DNA of 63,998 nt, filler included, from Stramenopiles sp. TOSAG23-3 (GCA_900128585.1; 4 parts of 4 records of this genome joined end to end with filler, not necessarily neighbours in it), one strand, 5' to 3'; positions 40,294 to 52,056 are shown, counted from the whole stretch's first letter. Notes: generated by a model not told the origin, from the sequence alone. Made by a program: numbers and translations.

Positions 40294-43200
40294 TTAAAGG
40301 CCAGTAAATTTCGATCTCTTGTATTGGTCGTAAAACGATTCAAAAAATGAACGCCCGACGGCATCGTGCGTTGCAAATATTTGACGGGTTTCGTGATCGG
40401 TGCAAATACTAAATATAAAAAAAATCCCCTCTTTGATTTCTTGCTTGTTCCATATCCTCAAACCATACAGCTTCATTTGCCGGAGCACGTGTGCAACAAT
40501 ATAGGGCGCAAAATGCTTAAACACAGCGGCATGGTGGGATATCTCTTCGTACAATCGTCGCAAGCAGCGAACACAGGACAGAAAATCAGGGTGAATCCCG
40601 CCATCAGATGTGGAATTATTTTCAAAGAAATTAAAGATAACGTCCGTCAAGTCGCCTAAAATGGTCACGAGTTGCCCACAGCAGGCGTACACTGCACGGC
40701 TTCTATATTGCAAGGTCGACATGATCAGCGAGTACATGCTCTGTACGAACAATGTAAATTTTCCAGCAGTATTGGCATCCAAGCTGGCTTCGTTTAAAAA
40801 ATGTTTCCACGAGTGTATTGACATGCCCAAGACTGAGAACATAGATGATACGTGGGACGTCGTAAGTGGCATGTGCTTGGTCCGATTAACAACGATTTTA
40901 AACACATTAAAAACAGTCTCAAAGTATTCAAAAAATTGATTGTTGCGACCACAATAGGAAGCGAAATCTCCAAGCTCTCCGATTAAATCTACCAAATGGG
41001 TGGAAATGTACTGCCAGTGCCACTCTTCAGACAACGTTTCGAACAAGACCGCCATAGACTTTGCCGAAACAACTGCAGTAGATACCTTTTCCACATGACG
41101 GTTTTCTAGCAAAGTTTTCCTAAGCAATGCCATCAGTTGGTCAAATCGTTGCTCAGAGACTGCAGCTCTACCACAGTTTCGGACAGTATCATATAAAAAT
41201 TGATCTTGGACATTCGCCGATTCTTTCAAACAGTGATAAGCGCGAAAACATGCCAAGAGAATGGAGGAATACGTTTCGTTCGAGACGGTTCTGTATCGTG
41301 GCAAAGTCTTGGTTACCGACAACAAAAATGAGCACGTGGACTGTACTTTGAGGATTTGGGCACTGGAAACAACTACTTTCAGCAAGTTTGGCAAAAATGG
41401 CAGGCATTTCAGAGCTGGGCTTTCAGAGTCAACAACGGTCGATGCTACGTTGTAAAATTTCAAAACGCAAGCCACGAGCCGAAAGGCATCGTTAAGATTA
41501 TCGGCGTCCGACTTGGTATCGTTGCAAAATACATCGCTCAGCTGGTTAGCAAGAGCAGCGTCTAAACGCTCAATTGTTTTACCAATTTGATAACATTTAA
41601 TCTTTAAACCTTCCTCCTTTTTCCCCCTTGCACTGGCACCGTCGCTGCTGCTGTCGTCCCGTTTTTCGCGGCTGACCTTACTCACCTCACCCAAAATGAT
41701 CTCATTCGAGGTCCCCAAAATCAGAAGCAATGTTTCAACCGTAACACCATCGTTGGAAGTCATCATACTTTCGTAAGAAGAAACAAGGGGGGCAAACATC
41801 GTTGAAAAATACTCTTTGGCGAACTCCAACTCCTCATCGTCTGTACTCATGCGCTTGAGTAGTTGCGAAAGAAATTTGGACGCAAAAAGCTTTGCAAGGA
41901 AGGTACCGTGTTGCAAGTCATTGGGATCGCAAGACTCAGGAAAACGATAGTGGGCCTGAAAGACTGTTATGAGCTTCACAGGAGACGTGCTCTGAAGAAC
42001 AGTGCTCGGGCTTGCTTCTAGCAAGTTGAGAAGCAAGCGCAATGTTATTATCGTCAGACTTGCATCCTCGTGCAGCAGAGGATGGTTCAATATTTTAATG
42101 CTAGCCTTGCACATTTTCTGAATCGAGTCCACGGTCCAGTATTCCCACGGCATCGACGCAGCAAGCTTTAGTACTGCGATCTGTTGCTCCCTTTCAGCAA
42201 CTGAACTTTTAGCAAAACGCTTGGCTTTGTTTTTTACAAATTCGTTTACTCTGGTGCACAAAATCTTTAATGTAAACCCCCGAACTTGCTGGGACTCAAA
42301 GGCATCCGAGACAACTGTGCACGTCTGAGTCGAGGCCTTGTCGGCTTGGTTTACCAAGAACGAAATCCACCAATTTGCAAATTTTTCAATCGCCGCAGAA
42401 GAAGCGTAGCGAGATATAAGGAGGATGTTATCAAAGAGAATTTTGTAAGCCGTAGGCAGCGTGGTCGAACCGGTTGGAATTTTGCTACCACTGCAAAACT
42501 GTTTCACGATTCCCGTTGCAAGTTCATGAAGTTGGTCAACGCACTCTTCGTATTGTCGTCCATTTTTCATTGAAGCCGGTATCAGCATCGCCGCACGGTT
42601 CAGCCCCCCTATCGCCCTGACAGCGAACCGGCTACGCGCCTCAAGAGACGTAGACTCATCTAATTCACTAGAGCCATTCATTTTCCCTGCAATCGCAGCA
42701 AACAAATCAACCCACTTTTTGCCAGTGAACCTGTTTAGATCGTTTTCCCCCGTCAGAATAGTACTTTGAATTGGCAAATATCTTTGGCACCTGTCCGATA
42801 AGTACATAACCGAATCCAACATCGACAAGAGCATGTCGATCGGCAAATCATTCTTCGGGCTGTTTAATCGAGGCAAGAGAAGATCGTCACGGAAAGAGCA
42901 CGCCAGTTCATTAAGCAGCACTGCATTATGGTCCGCAACGACCGCAAATGAGCACATTTCATGCATTATCACAGACACAAGTAATGTCACTGCACACTTC
43001 GTTTCCAAATCATCTTCTCCCTTAAGGTATTCGTTCTGACACAACTTCCACAGGGCGGGAATTTGTGCGGGAAGGCAGCTGGACATCACCTGCCCGAGGC
43101 TAAGGCGAAACTGCCCTTGAGTAAATAGAAACAAGGAGGAACTTTGCGCACTAGCTGAGCATTTGCGAGTTATGTCAAAAAAGAGATTAAATCCACAGCT

Positions 43201-44733
43201 TAAGTCTCGAAGTTTCCCATAAAGCTTTAACACAGAAACTAAAAAACCAAGACAGAAAGGTACTACTTTGGTTCCCATACGATCGCACCTAGTTTGTCCG
43301 CACACAAAAATTTCAACAAGGCTGTCTTCCACCAGCCCGTGGTTTATATTGAGAAATGTGGAGTACAAAAGGAATTCCATCTCGACGTTCTTCTCCGTCA
43401 ATGTAAAACTATGTGGAGACGACATGCTTAGATACGATTTGTGGTGCTGTGCAAAAAACCTCTTCAATATTTCAAACTGCGGTTTGGCAAAGTTTTGCTC
43501 ACCGTACAGGTATGCTCCACTCTCACGCATTGCTTCCAAAAGTTCATTTTGGGACTCATGGGCACGATATTGCGCGGATAAGCGTTCCTCAGCGTTTGGT
43601 ATGCATTCAAGGTATTGAAAATATGCTGCATTGTACAGCTCTACAAAAAAGCGAAACTCAATGCTGATTTCAGCCGCCAGATTCCCGTTCCCAGGCCGCT
43701 TCAAGTTCGTCTGATTCTCTTTCGTTTCCTTTGTTCGCTTCCACTCTTGCAAGAAAAGTTTAAATAACGAGCTGTTTCTCCATGCAAACCCATCGCAATA
43801 AACTTTTTGCAATAGGCTTGAGACGTAGCTACTTGTGACTCTTTTTCTTTTTTTCGACGCTTTACCCTTCGTTTGGTCCGTACTATTTGGTTGCGCTACC
43901 AAAGCGTTCTCCTTTACAAAATGGTCAACTACATGGAAAGACGAAGGGTAGGACGACAAGTGCGATCGAGAAAATAGCGCATTGGTGATCACTTCGCCGA
44001 GAATCTTTTTCAATTTCTGTACTCCCTCAATGTTTGGAATCAAACTCATTATCGGGCCGAGCAAATGATCTACAAAAGTAGTGAAAGTCTTTTTCTTATT
44101 TGCTTGCTCGTATACAAGGTTATTCAAAATGGCAAACATGGTGTGCAGCAAAGCTATGGAGGGCTCATCCTCCACCACGTTACTCCCTTTCTTTAGACTA
44201 GTGAATACCACATTGGCGACTTTCGCAAAAGCCAAAAAATTAGGGCGAAAGTTCACCTTTCGCTCCAAAAACATGCTTGTAAGAACATTCGATATCTCTG
44301 ACTTCGTTCCTAACCCAGCGTCGCACGACAAAGTTACCGCTTTCAAGACTGTCTCAGCTGCGGCTTTTGGTAAAGCTGAAACCACTTTCTTTTCGCCTCC
44401 CTCAGGTTCAGACCCAGTCAAAGCTCGGTTGATTATATTCCAAATAAGAGGCTCACTTGCATATGTTTCAAGATTATGACACGACCACTTCAATATTTCG
44501 TCATTCAACAAAGATATTGCAACGTATTCGACGCATTCCGCACGCCCTTGAACGTCGCACAATATTTTTTCGATGGACCCTAAAGGAACAGGATGTGTCG
44601 CTATCGCGGTTGTCCACTCGGCCCCCAAAGCCGCGGCAGTCAACGTAGTTTGATCCATTCGCAAAAACAGGTAAAACTTTCGCAGCCCAACTATTCTTTC
44701 CTTTTCCACCACGGTATCAATATAATGATTCAT
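40294..44733 (-). CDS. URB2: Nucleolar pre-ribosomal protein URB2/Npa2-like
   Basis: Long helical-repeat protein. The C-terminus LRRLYEEI...KHFAPYIV...GIFFIFSICT...FYDQYK..KFTG matches the Urb2 domain pattern. Confidence 0.8.
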   Translation of the reverse strand: MNHYIDTVVEKERIVGLRKFYLFLRMDQTTLTAAALGAEWTTAIATHPVPLGSIEKILCDVQGRAECVEYVAISLLNDEILKWSCHNLETYASEPLIWNIINRALTGSEPEGGEKKVVSALPKAAAETVLKAVTLSCDAGLGTKSEISNVLTSMFLERKVNFRPNFLAFAKVANVVFTSLKKGSNVVEDEPSIALLHTMFAILNNLVYEQANKKKTFTTFVDHLLGPIMSLIPNIEGVQKLKKILGEVITNALFSRSHLSSYPSSFHVVDHFVKENALVAQPNSTDQTKGKASKKRKRVTSSYVSSLLQKVYCDGFAWRNSSLFKLFLQEWKRTKETKENQTNLKRPGNGNLAAEISIEFRFFVELYNAAYFQYLECIPNAEERLSAQYRAHESQNELLEAMRESGAYLYGEQNFAKPQFEILKRFFAQHHKSYLSMSSPHSFTLTEKNVEMEFLLYSTFLNINHGLVEDSLVEIFVCGQTRCDRMGTKVVPFCLGFLVSVLKLYGKLRDLSCGFNLFFDITRKCSASAQSSSLFLFTQGQFRLSLGQVMSSCLPAQIPALWKLCQNEYLKGEDDLETKCAVTLLVSVIMHEMCSFAVVADHNAVLLNELACSFRDDLLLPRLNSPKNDLPIDMLLSMLDSVMYLSDRCQRYLPIQSTILTGENDLNRFTGKKWVDLFAAIAGKMNGSSELDESTSLEARSRFAVRAIGGLNRAAMLIPASMKNGRQYEECVDQLHELATGIVKQFCSGSKIPTGSTTLPTAYKILFDNILLISRYASSAAIEKFANWWISFLVNQADKASTQTCTVVSDAFESQQVRGFTLKILCTRVNEFVKNKAKRFAKSSVAEREQQIAVLKLAASMPWEYWTVDSIQKMCKASIKILNHPLLHEDASLTIITLRLLLNLLEASPSTVLQSTSPVKLITVFQAHYRFPESCDPNDLQHGTFLAKLFASKFLSQLLKRMSTDDEELEFAKEYFSTMFAPLVSSYESMMTSNDGVTVETLLLILGTSNEIILGEVSKVSREKRDDSSSDGASARGKKEEGLKIKCYQIGKTIERLDAALANQLSDVFCNDTKSDADNLNDAFRLVACVLKFYNVASTVVDSESPALKCLPFLPNLLKVVVSSAQILKVQSTCSFLLSVTKTLPRYRTVSNETYSSILLACFRAYHCLKESANVQDQFLYDTVRNCGRAAVSEQRFDQLMALLRKTLLENRHVEKVSTAVVSAKSMAVLFETLSEEWHWQYISTHLVDLIGELGDFASYCGRNNQFFEYFETVFNVFKIVVNRTKHMPLTTSHVSSMFSVLGMSIHSWKHFLNEASLDANTAGKFTLFVQSMYSLIMSTLQYRSRAVYACCGQLVTILGDLTDVIFNFFENNSTSDGGIHPDFLSCVRCLRRLYEEISHHAAVFKHFAPYIVAHVLRQMKLYGLRIWNKQEIKEGIFFIFSICTDHETRQIFATHDAVGRSFFESFYDQYKRSKFTGL

Positions 44734-45466
44734 AAATTTCTAGTACTTTCTTCTCATCAGATATATGCTATCAGATGACATTATCCACTCTATCATACGA
44801 GACAAACACTTATTATAATAATGGTGACGGTTTTGTTGACGGTGATATTTATTTTACTACCACTAAGCTATCTCTCCCCATCCTCCTGCTTTTCTTTTAT
44901 CATCATCTTCTTCTTCTTCTTCTCTCTCGCGCTATTATTTTTTTTTGTGGTGGGGCGACGAGGAAATAGACACAACAGAGAAACAGAAGAATTGAACACA
45001 AAACCACATCAGAAAAACTTCTTCTCCAAAAATCTAAATTATAATAATAGGATTGACAACTAAATAATAATACAATATTTGTACTTATTAATTGTCAGTC
45101 CTATCAAACACTCCCTTGCTAGAACGATACCGGTACCGTACCGTTATTTAATATATCCTCGTAAAGCTAGACACTATAGGTAGGAATAAAGTATAATTTA
45201 TTCAGCAGCGCAGCAGCATGCATGCAGTCCTTTTTTATTACATTACATCATTCATCATCATCATTTTTTAAATTCAACGACAAAAGCCGTTTCCCTTTCG
45301 GGCGTTGTTAGATATAGAATTACAAATGCAAATGAAGGGCAACAACCAGAAGTGTGCAGAAAAGTTGAACTATTCTGGGCACGTCTTAGAACTTGGGCAA
45401 AAATAGAAATCCCAGTCGCCTCGGAAGTGGTTCCTTAAGGACAACGGTATCTCTTCAGGTCAACAG

Positions 45467-46696
45467 ATGGACTTGGAAGAACGCGATGGCAACCCTGTTA
45501 ATAGAAAGGAGAAGCCGGGCTGCTTAACATATTTTTTTGCTTTGCTTTATTTGTCAGTATTTTCAGCATCATTATTCGTTATTTTCGAAGTCTACGCACA
45601 GCATGGATTGTATAGCAAAAGACATCCCCTTAGGGGATCGAACTATAATTTTTCTACTTTCAAGAAAGGTAGGACACTGGGTACTGCTCACAACAACATG
45701 ATTTGGGGCAACATTCGTTCAGTACAATACTGGGAAGACACAATGGACATTGCCGGTGAAGACGACACAGGTTTACCTGGATCAAAGTCGTTTGAGCAGT
45801 ATGCACAACAGGCTGCACAGGAGGAATGCTACAGTGGATTTCGTTTGGAAATGCAGCCTGGTTCTTTTAAAGGTCTTTGCTACCATAGGCCAAATCCAGA
45901 GGGGAGTCCAGTCGACAGATATACTATTGCTGACGGGGTAAACCTCCTGAACCCTGCGCAGTACGGGGATTACAAAACACCCACCGAAGAAAGGGCTGCC
46001 CTAGAAGCATCTGGCAAAGAATCGGCGCTGAACAGACTCGCGTATTATGATTTTGCGGGGGCAGAGCAATACTGCATAAAGTGTTGTGATGAGTCAACTA
46101 TGGAAATGGATCCTGAAGTGGGACTGCTGGCAACCACCTGGGATCTTTTGTGCGAAGATAAAGAAGGCGGGCAAATTCAAATCGCCAAAGACTTGCATGC
46201 TTACGAAAAGGGATATGAGTTTCTTTTCTTCGATTTTAAGAACACCGGGATGTTTAATAATCCTCTGGATGTTACACACGAGGCAGGGAATGTTCATTTT
46301 ATTAAATGCAGTCCTGACTTGTTGGGCTTGCCGGAAAGTGACAAGCTTCGTTCCATGCAGGGGTACCACTTAAAACTATGGGTAGAGTACGACAACCACT
46401 TCCTGCAACAGCTAAAAAGCGTCGTCAAGTGTGAAGTTTATCCTATATGGGAAGTTCAATTGCCTGGGAACCCTTGTCGACAAAACGATCAGACGGGTTG
46501 CCTCTACAACGAAAAAATCACAATGTATAGGGTAAAGAAGATGACTTGGGCGACGTGGTTGATATGGCTTCCAGTCTCACTTATGGTCTGCGGGTACTGC
46601 ATGTCTTGTATAGTAGGATATGCAGGTGGGTGGTGTTTTCATTGGTGTGACCGTTCTTCCGGAGTTAGTTGGTGCCCAAAAAACATGCCCAGATAA
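45467..46696 (+). CDS. Hypothetical two-TM membrane protein with large Cys-containing loop
   Basis: 409-aa ORF with hydrophobic segments near both ends. No family recognised. Confidence 0.75.
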   Translation: MDLEERDGNPVNRKEKPGCLTYFFALLYLSVFSASLFVIFEVYAQHGLYSKRHPLRGSNYNFSTFKKGRTLGTAHNNMIWGNIRSVQYWEDTMDIAGEDDTGLPGSKSFEQYAQQAAQEECYSGFRLEMQPGSFKGLCYHRPNPEGSPVDRYTIADGVNLLNPAQYGDYKTPTEERAALEASGKESALNRLAYYDFAGAEQYCIKCCDESTMEMDPEVGLLATTWDLLCEDKEGGQIQIAKDLHAYEKGYEFLFFDFKNTGMFNNPLDVTHEAGNVHFIKCSPDLLGLPESDKLRSMQGYHLKLWVEYDNHFLQQLKSVVKCEVYPIWEVQLPGNPCRQNDQTGCLYNEKITMYRVKKMTWATWLIWLPVSLMVCGYCMSCIVGYAGGWCFHWCDRSSGVSWCPKNMPR

Positions 46697-46758
46697 AACA
46701 AGAGTTTACATACGATACTTTGTGATTATAAAAGAGATAAATTTTTACTTTTTATTTT

Positions 46759-48042
46759 TTAATCTGCGACTTTCTCCTCCTCCATAATTTCGACCTGCTT
46801 TTCAATCTCTGCAGCTTTTGATTTTGCTTCTCGTTCTTCTCGTTCATGTTGTTCTATCTCTTTGCTTCGACTTTCATCAGGTAAGCCTTCGACTTCTGCA
46901 TCCTGTTTCACCGATGCAATCATTTTTTTCTTCATTATAGTCGACATTCTTGCTTTATTTCTCCATTTGTTTGCCAAAGTTTGTAACTTCAACTTCTTTA
47001 TGTCTACTAGCAACCCCATTCTTGCGAGCGATTTGTTGCGAAACTGATCGGCTTCGGAGCCAGGCTTCGCCGCAGGCCTATACTTCTCAAATATTTTATC
47101 GTACATAGGATCATCGTTCGATTCTAACAATTTCTGTATGGCACGCTCTTCTGACAGAAACGTCAAACCGGTACTCGGAAGCCATGATGTGCGATTTACT
47201 TCTACGTGACTATCAAGCCTGTCAATCTCTTCCATTGCATACTTCGCATCGTTTAAGTTATTTGACGCTGTTTCACCGTTGTACTCCCCCCACTCGCTGT
47301 AAACCTTGCGCATGTCAACAGTGCTAGAGGAAGCGTTTTTGTTGGTGTCGGTAATTTTTTTATTTGTGTTCGCTATGGAGCGTTGACTTAGCATTCTCCT
47401 AATTGCGAAAGGCTCACCTATTTGTACTGCAGATTCCAAACGTTTCATCGTTTTTTCTTTAAATAATTCTCTTGATGATTTCCCTAATTCAACGGCTAAT
47501 ATGGACGATTGGGGTTCTAACGAATAATTGTCTTCTGGCAATTGCAGTCCGTATATATTTTTGCGCTGAAGTTTCTTTTTTTTGCCTTCATCATAATAAC
47601 ATAAACGCGGAGCTTTGGACACACTAAGACTTTTTACATGAAATTCTTTATTTCTAGACCTGTACAGATATGGTTTTGCGATTTCTTCCATTCTTGGAGA
47701 AAGCAGGCCTTTTAGTAACCTACTTTTAGACCCGACTTGTGATGCGGATGGTCTCTCTATAGATTTCTCGGACTTTCTAATGGGAGAAGTAACGTCGTCC
47801 TGAACTGAGCTGGGTAATAGAGGCTGCTCTAAACTATAGCTGGCCATATTGACAAATGCGGGTGGGCTAAAAATAAGCTTTTTGTCCGGTGGTTTGTGCT
47901 TTCTGTAAATGAAAGTAGACTTTCTTGGCGAGGGTTTTCTATTGAGTTTTTGATCAGGGCCAGGCTTGAAAGGTACAGCCCGCACGTTCTTGGTTAAGCC
48001 TGAGTCAGTGCGAGACATAACTGAACTACTGTTCTGATACAT
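46759..48042 (-). CDS. Hypothetical basic, low-complexity protein with C-terminal coiled coil
   Basis: 427-aa ATG ORF converging on the neighbouring gene. Confidence 0.7.
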   Translation of the reverse strand: MYQNSSSVMSRTDSGLTKNVRAVPFKPGPDQKLNRKPSPRKSTFIYRKHKPPDKKLIFSPPAFVNMASYSLEQPLLPSSVQDDVTSPIRKSEKSIERPSASQVGSKSRLLKGLLSPRMEEIAKPYLYRSRNKEFHVKSLSVSKAPRLCYYDEGKKKKLQRKNIYGLQLPEDNYSLEPQSSILAVELGKSSRELFKEKTMKRLESAVQIGEPFAIRRMLSQRSIANTNKKITDTNKNASSSTVDMRKVYSEWGEYNGETASNNLNDAKYAMEEIDRLDSHVEVNRTSWLPSTGLTFLSEERAIQKLLESNDDPMYDKIFEKYRPAAKPGSEADQFRNKSLARMGLLVDIKKLKLQTLANKWRNKARMSTIMKKKMIASVKQDAEVEGLPDESRSKEIEQHEREEREAKSKAAEIEKQVEIMEEEKVAD

Positions 48043-49249
48043 TTTTCAAAATATCTAGACGTCCATATGCAATAACTTCGATTAAGAGCAGACTATTTGC
48101 TTCTTGTATTGGCATCTTGTTTTGTTTCTTTTTATAACAGATGATAGGCCTGCAAATTTTAAGTGACCTCAAGTGTTGAAAAGCCTCCGATGATTTTTTT
48201 GCTGCATTGCAGTTTTGTTCTTCAAAAAAGACCCAACAACGAGCAGCCAGGAGACAAGAGAGAATGTTGTACATGTCACCGTATTCATACTACAAGAACG
48301 GTTGCCTTAAGTAATACCGGTACGGTACTGTACCCTTATTATTAATACATTTCCTTGTCTGTGGCCTGTACCTGGTTAAATTATATAGTAGTATACCTAC
48401 GTACGTACCGTAGTCGTCTAATAACTGCACCGGTAAACTAAAACTGATCAAATCGAAGGATGCGGTTAGAAGACTTATCTTCTTGGAAATTTAAATACAG
48501 TATAATGTCAGTAGTACGTAGACAAATATTTGTGTGCTAGCCTCGTATACGAGGAGTACAGGCGACACTTTCCCATTTTGTTCCTGTTATTATTTTTTAC
48601 ATTATTAAATATTATTATTCTTTGTAGTTATTTCTATACTGTCAATTATTACGAAGACTCGCACGAGAGTACGTTAGAGGCCGCGCACGACTCAGGAGAA
48701 AAAAATAACTGCTGTGAAGTGTCTCAAATACTGGTAATTAACCTATACTGTACTACAATATTTTATACCGGTCTACGAGGAGGAGTCAACCATCTATAAA
48801 AACAATCACATGAGAGCTCAGGGCTCAGGATCGATCCATGACATTTCTCAACTTATCTGATACAAATAGACTTGGCCACTGCAAGGGGATAACATATGCA
48901 CAGAGCACAGCATAGAACAGAGAATTTCAGGATTGGAAACTATTGGTACTGTACATTATTATACTTATTATTGTACATTATATACGAGGATCGTCTTGTC
49001 GTCTGAAAAATATAAATGCTCCTCCCCTAAAATTATTATTGTTACATTATTTAAAAATTTAAGCAGGGGAATAGAAGATGCAAGCAATAACAAACAACAA
49101 GAGACAAACCACGAATGAACAGGTAGTCAAATACAAAAGAAATACACGCAGTTATATAAATAAAATAAATTTCCATTTTGATGCAAAGGCAAGGCACAAG
49201 ATCCGTTCCAAACCATTACACTCGCTAGGTTGTAACTTGAAACAGGAAG

Positions 49250-49570
49250 ATGGAGAAAACGCTCCCTCAGCGCCTTCCTCCAACGGCCACGGCCAAACGG
49301 GCAGAAGAGGGCGTACTCCAGGTAATGCAAATGTGCAGTTTTATGGGTACTTGTTCGAAATTGTTTTTGAAGAGAAAGGCATATGCGTTCAAACAATGGC
49401 ACAGGAACACATATCTTCAAACACTAGTCGATAGAGAAAAACAGCGGAACGTGCAGCGCCAGCTCGAATCTTTTATCCTTTACGTCTGCCAAGAAGTAAG
49501 GGACGTACTGGAATCGGATAGGTGCTCGTTGTGGATGTTAGACGATGGCAAGCTCTATGCGCAGCAGCCG
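49250..49570 (+). CDS. GAF-domain protein (PDE-like), 3'-truncated at gap
   Basis: VCQEVRDVLESDRCSLWMLDDGKLY is the start of a GAF domain (ADRCSLFL pattern). The start codon is uncertain. Confidence 0.7.
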
Positions 49571-49670
49571 NNNNNNNNNNNNNNNNNNNNNNNNNNNNNN
49601 NNNNNNNNNNNNNNTTAATTAATTAANNNNNNNNNNNNNNNNNNNNNNNNNNNNNNNNNNNNNNNNNNNN
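49571..49670. other. Artificial contig linker
   Basis: 44 N + TTAATTAATTAA + 44 N. Confidence 0.98.
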
Positions 49671-49691
49671 ATAATTTTCCACAGCTCAATC

Positions 49692-50947
49692 ATGAGCGAT
49701 GATGTCAAGTCTTGGGGTGCCCAGTCGAAGGGTGGGAGGGGGGGGGGGGGGGACGTTCGGCCAAAGTAGCGCCGGAGAAAAAGACCCAAGTACACTTGCG
49801 CCAAGCCTTTGACATGATTGACAATGACGGTTCTGGGTTCATCGATGGTGAGCATCTTGCCTTGCTGCTCCGACTCCAAGGGATTGATGTCACGAAAAAT
49901 GATGTCATGCATATTATTCGGCATTACCACCGGCAGACGTCCCAAACGAAGGTCGGGGAAGATGTCTTGTCGTTTGAGGAATTCTGCGCGATCATGGACG
50001 ATGGAAACGACGGCAATGTCAACGTTTCGATGGAGGAGTTGACTCGTCGCTTCGCAAACAAGTCGGTGCACCACCTGACGCTCCTGTCTCAAATGGGAGA
50101 ACCGCTCTGGAAACAGCAAGAGAGGGAGTCCGGCCTTCTTGGTATAAAAAAGGGTATGAACGCACGGATGGAGCTTGGCAAATTGGCGGATGGGACCGTC
50201 GCTCAAGGGATTATCTTGGTGTTGATTGTAGTGGACGTCGTCGTGGTCATCATGGAGCTGCTCTTGGCGGCGATAATCTGCCTCGAACCCAGCCAGGCCC
50301 ACCGACGGCTGAGGATGTCCGGAATGGCCGACGCGGCCAAGAGCCTGGCACGGATGCTTGCGGGCACCACGGTGCCCGCTTCGGACGATATACCGGAGTT
50401 TTGTATAGATTGCATGACGCTTCAAATAGAGGTCGAGAACGTTCTGCACTGGGTATCCGTCAGCATCTTGTTTGCTTTTGCGTTTCAAATATTTTTGTTG
50501 ATGGTAGCGTACGGCTTGAGATTCTTCAAGAACCCTTTCTTTGTCCTAGATTTTATTGTCGTCGTCGTCGCGTTGGTGTTGGAGCTCGCGTTTCATGTTA
50601 GGGAGGGTGCCTTGTTTGCGATCCTGTTGTCGTGGAGAGTTATCCGGATAATACACGGGTTTTACACGACCATAGAAATCCAGCACAAGGAAAACCACAA
50701 AAAGATCCACAACACTATCATGGCCCACGCGACGACGACGACGGCCCATCTGGAGCAGTTGAAAGGGGAGATGACCCAAAGCTTGAGGCAAGTTGTGATG
50801 GTGCTGCAGGATGACTCCAAGGAAATCGATCGTGCCAGACTCTTGGAGCTTATAGAGAAAGACATCCTGGACATGCAGCAAGACATCAAGCTGATGGAGG
50901 ACGATATGACAGAATCCGCGAAGAGAGAGGACTTGGCAACATTCTAG
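49692..50947 (+). CDS. HVCN1: Hv1-like voltage-sensor-only (proton) channel with N-terminal EF-hands; apparent frameshift in G15 run
   Basis: AFDMIDNDGSGFID EF-hand; S1 LIVVDVVVVIMELLL; S2 LHWVSVSIL; S3 VLDFIVVVV; S4 SWRVIRIIHG; C-terminal coiled coil. ATG 49692 is out of frame across the G-run at 49738-49752. Confidence 0.85.
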
Positions 50948-51187
50948 AGTTTTAAATCAAGTCTTATAATTAAAGAAAGAAAAGTATCTCGTCAGAACTA
51001 CAGATCCCAATTCGGTTAATTGTTAACGTACAAACGAACTTGTTAAAAAAAAAAGTCTTGTGCACTGGAACGAAGATTCTAAGATCTGCATCCGCTCCCG
51101 ACCTTTGACCCTATGATACTACTTACTCCCAAAAGGACATGCCTACATTCTGCTCACCCCCCCCCCTTCTTCCCCTCCGTGTCTGCG

Positions 51188-52056
51188 TTAAAAAATACTC
51201 ACGTGGTGCCTGTTCTTAAACCGGTTTACCTTTTGGTCACTGCCCTTTTTCCACCAAAACCACAACTCGACGAATGTGATTTGCTGCTCCGGGTCGTGCT
51301 CCCGTACGCCGCTAATTTGGTACACCACGTCATCCAGCTCGCTGGCGGTCAAAAGGGGAGAGCTGCCACTGCTGTTCAAGACTTTGCCCAACGTTTCTTT
51401 ATTTACACTTGTCGCTCCACCGCTAAGACCCATAAAAATTTCCAGCAATTTCCCCTCTTCATCGTTGCCCCCCCCCTCGTGCGCATGGGCCTTGAAAGAG
51501 TTCATCATGCTTGACCGTTTCTGCAGTTTTTTTTCTATCCGTTTTAGCTTCTGTTTTTTTCTATCCGTTTTAGCTTCTGGTTCACTTCGAACTTTAGCAT
51601 GTTCCACGCATGATCCCGCTTTACAACCAGCGACAGAGCGTTCAAAGAGCTGGAAAAGAACCGTCGGGCCATCGGCAAATTGTTGCGAACGTAGGCTGAT
51701 TTTCCGAGCGAAGCATATGCCCTCCCCTCCCCAAAATTATCGCTTTGCTTGACCGCAAGCGTCAGCGCAACGGTGACAAGGCGCTTTGACTCATCAAACA
51801 AAGGCTCTGCGTCTTCCCCACGGTACGACTGGCACTCATGCTCGGTGCAGAATTGGGCAATGTGCAACAGGCAGTCTCCCAGGATAGCCAGGGCCAACAC
51901 TTCGTTGCGGTGGATAATTGGCAAGGGGATGGTTCGATAAAACTTTGCGTCAGACTCTAAACTGATCATCATTTGCCACTTTCGAAGCCCAGTCTCTGCC
52001 ACAATTCTGGCGTTCTCCAAGGTCGCAAGGTCAGTGTAGTCTTCGTCCATTGCCAT
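51188..52056 (-). CDS. TPR-like plus degenerate EF-hand protein, frameshifted by a 26-bp tandem duplication
   Basis: GEGRAYASLG is TPR-like and ITFVELWFWW is an EF-hand exit helix. Removing one copy of 51528-51579 fuses the two ORFs. Confidence 0.7.
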
